Below are positions 27,635 through 34,572 of a DNA stretch of 34,572 bases, piece after piece. Origin of the DNA: a bacterium (lineage in GTDB: Bacteria > Sumerlaeota > Sumerlaeia > SLMS01); the NCBI GenBank assembly GCA_030431385.1, contig JAUIJJ010000002.1, forward strand, positions 1 to 34,572. The letters are read 5' to 3'. Position 1 is the first letter of the stretch; every line of letters begins with the position of its first letter. Under the pieces are notes generated by a model, which was given only the letters and a program-made list of their open reading frames with translations, did no database searches and was not told the DNA's origin. Both the position numbers and the translations under genes were made by a program.

Positions 27635-29425
27635 ATGAAGTTCCGCTCGCAACCCCTGCGAGAGTTTTCTCACTTCCTTTCCGCCCGCTCACTGATCACG
27701 CGCGGGGGCCTGCTGCTGCTCGCAATTCTCATTGTTCAGCTCTTCCGACTCTCCGTGGTGCAAAACGCATCCTATGTTGCACGGGCAGAGGGAAATCTTT
27801 CCCTGACACGGAGATTGTCGCCACCCAGAGGAAACATCTTCGACCGCAACGGAGTCCCTGTTGCGACCAACCGTCGCAGTTGGTCGCTGACATTCTCTCG
27901 CTGGGGTTTGACCGACGGCGAGACCGAGGCAAACCTCGCCCGCGTCCGCTCGCTACTGGATACGCCCGACCCGGATCAGGTGCGCGAGATCGTCGCGACT
28001 CGCCCGCGCTGGACGCGCCACCGGATTGCGCGCCGCCTTGATCAGGATACTGTGCTTCCGTTCCTCGAACAGCCGGAGCGCTTTCCTGGCATTCGCGTCG
28101 AGCCGGACTTCCTCCGAGAATATCCCTCAGGTCCCGACTTCGCCCACCTCCTCGGTTACGTCGGAGCGATTCAACCGGGTGAGTTGGAGCGCTACTCGCG
28201 GCCCCGCTGGCTCGCTGATGACGAGGTGGGCCGAACCGGGCTGGAGCGCTCGCTCGATGATCTCCTCACCGGATATCCCGGCAAAGAGCTGCGCCGGAGA
28301 GACGCGCGCGGGCGCCGACTCGCCGAGCCTGAGATACTGGAAGCAGCGGTGCCCGGCCACGACATTCAACTCACGATCGATGCCTCCCTCCAGGCCCGCG
28401 CTATGGAGTTGCTGCGCGGCGTTCGTGGCTCCATTGTCATGATGGACGTCGCCAACGGCGAGCTCCTCGTGCTCGCCAGCCGCCCGACCTACGACCCATC
28501 GAACCCCGGCGCGAAGGTCGTCGACGGCGAAGAGGTCAGTTGGATGAACCGCGCCGTGCGCGGCCAATACCCTCCCGGCTCCACCTTCAAGATCGTCATG
28601 GCTGCGGCTGGGCTGGAATCCGGAATCTCTCCCGACAGGACCTTCTACTGTGCGGGGCCCTATCAGCCAGAGGGCTGGCCACGCGCTTTCTGGTGCAGCC
28701 ACCGCAGTGGTCACGGGCGCACGGACTTGGTAGATTCCCTCAAGTGGAGCTGCAATTGCTACTACTACGAACTCGGTGGGATCCTCGAACCTCGAGTGAT
28801 CAACGAGATGGCCCGCCGCTTCGGCTACGGCGAGGAAACGGGCGGCGACGTTCCCGGTGAAAAACCCGGTGACGTTCCTGATTTCGGGCAGGTGAGCGCC
28901 GGCGAGCGGACGAATCTGGTCATCGGGCAGGGCCGAATGCTGGCGACGCCGCTTCAGGTAACGCGCTCGTTTGCCGCGCTCGCCAACGGTCGGGTCCTGC
29001 CGATACCTCGCATCGTTCGTCTCATCGATGGCGAGGAGCCGCCGCGCCCCGAGCCGCCACCGTTCCGCCTTTCGCCCAGCCATCGCCGCTCGATCCTCGA
29101 AGGCATGTGGCGCGTCGCGAACGAGAGCGGCGGCACAGCCAACAAGGCGGGCTTCCCGATCAGTTGGGATCTCGCCGGAAAAACGGGTACTGCGGAGAAT
29201 TACCAAGGCGGAGTTGACGCGTGGTTCGCGGGAGTGTTCCCGCGGAGCGCCCCCCGCTATGCCATCGTTGCCCACGTCGAGCAAGCCGATGGCCATGGTG
29301 GCGATGTGGCGGGTCCGCTCGTGCGCGAGATCATCGCCCGCTTTAAAGGCGAGATTCTCGAAACAACGGAGGAGATCGCGATGGGCACGGATCACTCCCC
29401 CGCCGATTCGACGATCCCACGTTGA
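27635..29425 (+). CDS. mrdA: Class B penicillin-binding protein 2 (peptidoglycan D,D-transpeptidase)
   Basis: N-terminal TM, RGNIFDRNG, REYP, GRTGLE, LTID; active-site STFK, SCN, KTGT. Confidence 0.9.
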   Translation: MKFRSQPLREFSHFLSARSLITRGGLLLLAILIVQLFRLSVVQNASYVARAEGNLSLTRRLSPPRGNIFDRNGVPVATNRRSWSLTFSRWGLTDGETEANLARVRSLLDTPDPDQVREIVATRPRWTRHRIARRLDQDTVLPFLEQPERFPGIRVEPDFLREYPSGPDFAHLLGYVGAIQPGELERYSRPRWLADDEVGRTGLERSLDDLLTGYPGKELRRRDARGRRLAEPEILEAAVPGHDIQLTIDASLQARAMELLRGVRGSIVMMDVANGELLVLASRPTYDPSNPGAKVVDGEEVSWMNRAVRGQYPPGSTFKIVMAAAGLESGISPDRTFYCAGPYQPEGWPRAFWCSHRSGHGRTDLVDSLKWSCNCYYYELGGILEPRVINEMARRFGYGEETGGDVPGEKPGDVPDFGQVSAGERTNLVIGQGRMLATPLQVTRSFAALANGRVLPIPRIVRLIDGEEPPRPEPPPFRLSPSHRRSILEGMWRVANESGGTANKAGFPISWDLAGKTGTAENYQGGVDAWFAGVFPRSAPRYAIVAHVEQADGHGGDVAGPLVREIIARFKGEILETTEEIAMGTDHSPADSTIPR

Positions 29426-29485
29426 GGCTCCCGACGAATCAAAACCTCTCGCATCTCTCGATAGAGATCGCGTAAGTTCAGCTTG

Positions 29486-30511
29486 ATGAGTGAACGCGAA
29501 TCCAGCGACGAGATGAACCAACTGGCGCCGGCTGCGAGCTCCGAAGTGGAATCGTGGGAGGACGTGTTGGCGCGCGCCGAGCGCTTCCGCGAGGGCACGC
29601 CCGGCGAAGGCAGCTACCGCCCGCCTCAAGCCTCGCGCGCGGCCCTGATCCTCAAAGCATCCCTCCCGTTTCTCGTGATTGCCCTCTACTTTCTGTTCAA
29701 GTTTGGAGCCATACCCGGCGGCGGCTACCGATCGCCGGGAATGCTGCCACCACCGCCCGATTCGCTGAGCGGCCTCGCCGATGACGAAACAGCAGTCGAG
29801 AGACTCACCGACCGACAGAAGTCCCTGATCAACCGCCTGGAAAGCATGAGGCGGGCGAACCGGTGGCCGGACATCATCTCCACGGCCAACTCAGAAGCCA
29901 ACAAATCCATCGCCTCGCACCCGGTGATTCAAGCGCTCGTCCTCATCGCCCGAACCAAGAACGGTGAGCGAAGCATCGAGCTGGAAAACGACATGATCGG
30001 CACGGAGGCGGAGCTGACGCCGTCCGCGAAGGAATACGTCGACCTGCTTTTTGAGCTTCGACTCGCGAGGGTTCGGCTCATGCTCGCGCGCATTTCGTCG
30101 CCAGACTTGTTGATTCACAACATCGAAACTTTCCGCCAATTGCTCGGTGAGGAACCTCGCAACACCGACGATCTGATGGTGCGCATCCGCCTCGCTCAAC
30201 GCTTCGAAGATGCCGGGGATTTGCTCATGGAGCAGGGCGACGGCTACCTTTCCGACGACCTGGTTCTGATCCGCCAAGGGCGCAGCTTCTACCAGATGGG
30301 CCTGCGGTGGATTATCCGCAGCGGGCGCTGGTATCAGCTCGAGCCGATCAGCCAGGCCGCCGTTCCCGAAATCGAGCGCCTCGTCCAGAAGATGCGCGTC
30401 GCCAATAGGGAAATCCACGGCCCCTCGCTCCCCCTTACCGATAACGACTCGACGACTTGGAGCGGCAAGCGCGGCGACCCGGTCCACGACTTGCCGGAGG
30501 TGGGTCGCTAA
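29486..30511 (+). CDS. Hypothetical single-pass membrane protein with helical C-terminal domain
   Basis: Long ORF with one TM (LILKASLPFLVIALYFLF) and a Pro-rich linker; stop overlaps the next ATG (TAATG). Confidence 0.8.
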   Translation: MSERESSDEMNQLAPAASSEVESWEDVLARAERFREGTPGEGSYRPPQASRAALILKASLPFLVIALYFLFKFGAIPGGGYRSPGMLPPPPDSLSGLADDETAVERLTDRQKSLINRLESMRRANRWPDIISTANSEANKSIASHPVIQALVLIARTKNGERSIELENDMIGTEAELTPSAKEYVDLLFELRLARVRLMLARISSPDLLIHNIETFRQLLGEEPRNTDDLMVRIRLAQRFEDAGDLLMEQGDGYLSDDLVLIRQGRSFYQMGLRWIIRSGRWYQLEPISQAAVPEIERLVQKMRVANREIHGPSLPLTDNDSTTWSGKRGDPVHDLPEVGR

Positions 30512-31605
30512 TGGCAGAGTCGTCCCGCCCGATTGAGATTACCGCCCGGCCGCCGAGCGAACCTGCTACGTCGGACCTGGTGCCGCGCCGACAACCGCCT
30601 CCGCCGCCTACCAACCCAATCGACGAACGCGGCGAGCTCCGCCTCTTCGAACTCGGCTGGCGAGCAGGTCTGCTCGCCGGCGCTGGCATCTTCTTTTACG
30701 AGACGCTCGGATGGCCGTGGCAGCGCAACCTCGCCGGCCTAACGGGCATGCTGCTCTCCGCGCTGATCATCCTCACGATGACGGTTCAATGGCGTGTGCT
30801 GGGAGACTGGCGCCGCCGTACCCAGCAGTTCCTGATCGTCGGCGTCGCCTTTGTACTCTCGTTTCCAGTCGCCGCCGCGCTAAACCCCGGCCTCGGCACC
30901 AGTGTCCTGCCTGACCCGGTGGAGATCGCCATGTCCGAACTGCTGCGCCACTTGAGCGGGGTTCCGGGCCTGAGCATGATCGCCGACCTATTCAGGGGCT
31001 TGCTCGCCTTTACGTTCTTCGCTTTTGCCATGCTGCTGCTTGTGTTCGGTAACGCCAACCGGCGAGGCGGCGTCTTCTTCGTCGGCTTTCTCCTGACCTT
31101 GATCTGCATGTTTTTCTATCCGACCATGGAGGTCGTCATCGGGTTCATTTTCCTCGGCATTTTCTTCCTGTCCCAGTGGGAATCCGCGCTCATGGTGCCC
31201 GATCGGTTACGCCCGTACCTGCGGCCTGAGCAGCTCGATTACCTCCGCGAGCTCGTCGACCAAGGGAGCCTCAGCACCGGCGAGACGAAGATTTACCTCG
31301 ATAACCAACCCCACATGTTCGCCGAGCTCATGGAGTATCGGCTCGTAGAGTTTGACGACATCAGCCGACTCGTCATGCCCGGGAAGAGGCTTCTCCACGA
31401 CCCGGCGGCAGCCGCGCTCGAAAGCGCGTTTACCTTCGTCCGGCGCAGTTCGTGGCTGGCCGTCGGCGTCCTTTACTTCATCACACCGGACTTCATTCCC
31501 GGGCCCATCGACGACTTCATCGTCTTGTTCCTGTGCGCGGCCAGCGGCTTTGGTTTTCTGGGTCAGCTCATTCGCCCGCGGGCAGCGATCACCCACAGGC
31601 GATAG
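30511..31605 (+). CDS. Polytopic membrane protein with C-terminal YkvA/DUF1232-like motif
   Basis: GGAGG RBS; ~8 TM segments; C-terminal LYFITPDFIPGPIDDFIVL resembles DUF1232. Confidence 0.75.
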   Translation: MAESSRPIEITARPPSEPATSDLVPRRQPPPPPTNPIDERGELRLFELGWRAGLLAGAGIFFYETLGWPWQRNLAGLTGMLLSALIILTMTVQWRVLGDWRRRTQQFLIVGVAFVLSFPVAAALNPGLGTSVLPDPVEIAMSELLRHLSGVPGLSMIADLFRGLLAFTFFAFAMLLLVFGNANRRGGVFFVGFLLTLICMFFYPTMEVVIGFIFLGIFFLSQWESALMVPDRLRPYLRPEQLDYLRELVDQGSLSTGETKIYLDNQPHMFAELMEYRLVEFDDISRLVMPGKRLLHDPAAAALESAFTFVRRSSWLAVGVLYFITPDFIPGPIDDFIVLFLCAASGFGFLGQLIRPRAAITHRR

Positions 31606-31675
31606 CCGCAGCGAATCGGTGGAACGAAACCGGCTTTACCGATCGAGGTACTACCAATTTCACGGAGGTGACTTC

Positions 31676-32437
31676 ATGAATCGCGTCGTCTTGTCGCTAC
31701 TTCTTCTACTAGCGGTGCCAATGATTGGCATCGCGAAAGACGCCAACGCGTTCCTCGATAAGCTCGAGAACGCTCACGGATTCAATACCTGGTACGATCA
31801 GGGAACGATCAGTGCCCGGATCGACTTGAATTTCAGAGGAAACGACAGGCTCGACGGCACGATGCATCTTTCGCCTTCCATGGACCGAGTTCTGATCAAG
31901 CCAGATGACGGCAGGAAAGTCGGCTACGATGGCGAGACCGTTTGGCTCTCACCTTCTGATGCCGAATGGAAGTCCGCTCGATTCGACATCTTCACCTGGC
32001 CCTACTTTATCGCCGCGCAGTTCAAGTTCAGCGATCCCGGCGCGATAGTCACTTTGGAGGAAGATCGGGAGCTCTTCGGTGAGACTTACAAGACCGCGCG
32101 CCTCACCTTCGAATCCGGCGTGGGTGACGCTCCCGACGATTGGTACATCATCTATATGGACCCGGACACTGGCTTCCTCAAGGCCCTCGCATACATCGTG
32201 ACCTTTAACAAGGATACGGAAGAGGCCGAGAAAGACCCTCACATCATCGTCTACGATAAGTACCGCCAAGTGGGGGGCACGACGATTCCGATGCGCTGGG
32301 AGTTTTTTGACTGGAGCGAGGAGTTGGGCGCCTACGGCGACTTCATCGGCGAGGCAACGCTCAGCGAGGTGAGCTTCGCCCCGCGGCAAGAAACGCCGTT
32401 CGCAGTTCCTGAAGACTCGACGGAAGTTTCCCGCTAG
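31676..32437 (+). CDS. Secreted protein, DUF6503-like
   Basis: GGAGGTG RBS, signal peptide, AHG...W, YDGETVW, DPGA, TFESGVGDAPDDWYIIY motifs. Confidence 0.75.
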   Translation: MNRVVLSLLLLLAVPMIGIAKDANAFLDKLENAHGFNTWYDQGTISARIDLNFRGNDRLDGTMHLSPSMDRVLIKPDDGRKVGYDGETVWLSPSDAEWKSARFDIFTWPYFIAAQFKFSDPGAIVTLEEDRELFGETYKTARLTFESGVGDAPDDWYIIYMDPDTGFLKALAYIVTFNKDTEEAEKDPHIIVYDKYRQVGGTTIPMRWEFFDWSEELGAYGDFIGEATLSEVSFAPRQETPFAVPEDSTEVSR

Positions 32438-32440
32438 TTA

Positions 32441-33538
32441 TCAGGAAAGCAGGACGTAGGTAATTCCCATCCCGATGAGTATGCAGAGCACCACGAGCAC
32501 TGCGAGGATCACGATGAGCTTCGTCGTGATGCCTTGCGGAGCGGGCTGGCTTGGCTGAGTGGCGGGTGCTGGCGCAGACGCAGGAGCAACCGGCGCTGCC
32601 GCTGCTGGTGGCGGCGTTTGCGGCACCTGCTGTCGAGCGGCCTTGCTCGACTGTGTGCTGCGGCCGTGCTTCCAATCATCGATCGCCTTGGTGACGACAG
32701 CAGCGTCGGCGGGTCGATCCGTTGGGTTCTTCTGCAAAAGCTTGTGAACGATATCGGCGAGACCGGTCGGGATGTTCGGATCGAGCTCGGTCAGTTTGGT
32801 CTCCGGCTTGTTGACGATGTTCCTCATGGTGTTGAGGTCGTCATTGGCGAGGTATGGGTGCTTTCCTGTCAGCATCTCGTAGGCGACGGTGCCCAACGAG
32901 AACAGATCGGCACGGCCATCGGGCTTGCCGCCGAATTGATCGGTGATCTGCTCGGGGGCCATGTACGCCGGAGTCCCGACGGCGAACCCGCTGGCGGTCA
33001 ACGTGTCGTCTTGCTCGCCCTTGGCGAGGCCAAAATCTGTCAGCACAACGCGATTCGTGCCGTTTTCAATGAGGATGTTCCCCGGCTTGATGTCGCGGTG
33101 GAGAATCCCCTTCTTGTGCGTATGTTCGAGGGCGTCGGCCGTCGCTTCCAAAATGTCGGCGACCTCTTGCGGGGTCCACCTGCGCGACTTACGACGCTCG
33201 CGTTCGAGGTCCGTGCCCTCGATATATTCCAACGCGAGAAACTGAACGGGGCCTGTGCCCTGAAACTCGTAGAGCGCCGCGATGTTGTCGTGGCGAATCT
33301 GGGCAAATGTCTTCGCCTCGCGCTCGAAGCGACGAATGCTGTTTTCTTTGGTCTGGCGATCCGGAGTCAGGGTCTTGATCGCGACCCGCCGCCCCAGTTG
33401 GCGATGCTGCGCGAGATAGACGACACCCATGCCACCTCGGCCCAACTCGCCAATTAGCTCATAATCACGATTTTCAAGGGCATTACGGATGCGCTCCTGC
33501 ATGGAGAGCTGACCGCCACCCGACTGTTCTTCAGACAT
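32441..33538 (-). CDS. Hanks-type Ser/Thr protein kinase with C-terminal TM helix
   Basis: LGRGGMGVVY, VAIK, HRDIKPGN, DFGLA, GTPAYMAPEQ, DLFSLG; Pro/Ala linker then a terminal TM. Start could be 33577, 33538 or 33502. Confidence 0.96.
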   Translation of the reverse strand: MSEEQSGGGQLSMQERIRNALENRDYELIGELGRGGMGVVYLAQHRQLGRRVAIKTLTPDRQTKENSIRRFEREAKTFAQIRHDNIAALYEFQGTGPVQFLALEYIEGTDLERERRKSRRWTPQEVADILEATADALEHTHKKGILHRDIKPGNILIENGTNRVVLTDFGLAKGEQDDTLTASGFAVGTPAYMAPEQITDQFGGKPDGRADLFSLGTVAYEMLTGKHPYLANDDLNTMRNIVNKPETKLTELDPNIPTGLADIVHKLLQKNPTDRPADAAVVTKAIDDWKHGRSTQSSKAARQQVPQTPPPAAAAPVAPASAPAPATQPSQPAPQGITTKLIVILAVLVVLCILIGMGITYVLLS

Positions 33539-33666
33539 ACCGCCCGCTTTCCCGCAGACTAGATTCAAACACTCCATCCAATGACGCCCGGCGGCTCAAG
33601 TGCAATATCCGCCGCGGGCGCCACACTCTCCCCCGCGACCCCCGTGAATTGTGCAAAAGACTTCTA

Positions 33667-33696
33667 CCGCAGATTCACACAGATGTCCTCAGATGT
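33667..33696. repeat. Triple 10-bp unit repeat CCGCAGATTC-ACACAGATGT-CCTCAGATGT
   Basis: Same CAGAT periodicity as 956-985. Confidence 0.55.
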
Positions 33697-33838
33697 ACAG
33701 TAGCGCCACCGGGACCGCCAAACGAGCACCTCACTCGCCTTCGGCAACCGATCCACCGCCCTGCGGTATTGACCACGCTTCTCCCCCACGGTTACTTATC
33801 CCGGCGCCCCACCCCCGCTACTTCACGAGATCCGGAAT

Positions 33839-34537
33839 ATGAGAATCACCAAGCTCTATCTATGTTTGATAGCCCTCGCGCTCGCACTCCCTGCGATTCT
33901 TTCGGCTGATTCGATGGAGCAAATCACCGACTCCGGGTCCGTCATTCCCACGCCGGACATCACGATCAAGGACATCACGACCGACACATCCAGAAAGATG
34001 GTAACTCTTCAACAACCCGGTGGAGGGGAGTTTCCCATTCCTCTCAAATCGGTCAAAATGATTATCTTCGGCGATTACCCTGGAGATGGCCGACTCTTCG
34101 ATGTCTCGCTCAAAGGCGACTTTGGCAACGATTCCTTTCCCGGCGCTCGGGTCTACTACTACGAAAACGGTTGGTTCCTCGCCAGCCCTGCGGCGGAAGC
34201 GAAGAAGTACTGGATCAAGGAAGAGCGGCTGGCCTCCATGAGTGCCGTTGAGGAAATCGACAACGGATTCGGTGGCGAATTCGACCAACCGACGAATGAT
34301 TCGAGCGGCGGCTTCGGGGACATCAGCCCCAGTTTCGGCACGTCAGAACTCACCGCCGAAGAGCAGGAATTCGTTTCCCAAATGGAACAGGACTCGAGCG
34401 TGTTCGTGCAGGAGGAACGTGGCGTCTGGGATCGCATGTCCACGAAGACGATTGTCCGAATCGGAGCGGGAATCATTCTCGCCTTCTTCGCGATTATCGG
34501 TTTCGTTTTCAAACGCCTCAAAGGCTCGGCCGCCTAA
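33839..34537 (+). CDS. Hypothetical exported protein with C-terminal membrane anchor
   Basis: Signal peptide (…ALALPAILSA-D), acidic Gly/Ser linker, C-terminal TM followed by KRLK. Confidence 0.8.
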   Translation: MRITKLYLCLIALALALPAILSADSMEQITDSGSVIPTPDITIKDITTDTSRKMVTLQQPGGGEFPIPLKSVKMIIFGDYPGDGRLFDVSLKGDFGNDSFPGARVYYYENGWFLASPAAEAKKYWIKEERLASMSAVEEIDNGFGGEFDQPTNDSSGGFGDISPSFGTSELTAEEQEFVSQMEQDSSVFVQEERGVWDRMSTKTIVRIGAGIILAFFAIIGFVFKRLKGSAA

Positions 34538-34572
34538 TCACCGACCCTGCGCATCCGCTCTCGTCCGACTGA

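Noticed and set aside
28127-29629. 500-aa antisense ORF over mrdA, and similar ones at 5312-6226, 6740-7591 and 32534-33457
   Set aside because: Typical shadow ORFs opposite GC-rich genes; no recognisable motifs.
1-34572. CRISPR array, tRNA or rRNA genes, prophage
   Set aside because: No regularly spaced repeat-spacer series, no tRNA/rRNA signatures and no phage hallmark genes seen by eye.

Overview
Chromosomal window from a GC-rich (~60% by eye), probably diderm bacterium. It holds mostly envelope, transport and signalling genes: a partial 2-oxoacid dehydrogenase E1 beta-type gene, a sugar-type solute-binding lipoprotein, an ECF sigma / FecR-like anti-sigma / four-gene ABC-2 operon, a radical SAM/SPASM protein, exported MsrB-MsrA, a membrane histidine kinase, an RND pump pair, a methyltransferase, a GT4, a PBP2-type transpeptidase and a Ser/Thr kinase. 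No rRNA, tRNA or CRISPR array was seen. Most notable: (i) an AT-richer two-gene island at ~1.1-2.7 kb next to a REP-associated tyrosine transposase (RAYT) remnant, enclosed by two nested pairs of direct repeats, which looks like a gene-capture cassette; (ii) a 352-bp internally deleted IS1380-like element beside an unannotated, truncated duplicate of the neighbouring DUF4034-like gene; (iii) two intact but apparently catalytically altered proteins, a DHDPS-family protein without the Schiff-base Lys and a DUF3800 protein with DE changed to QQ, the latter preceded by a candidate structured RNA. All family calls come from motif recognition by eye; no database searches were run.
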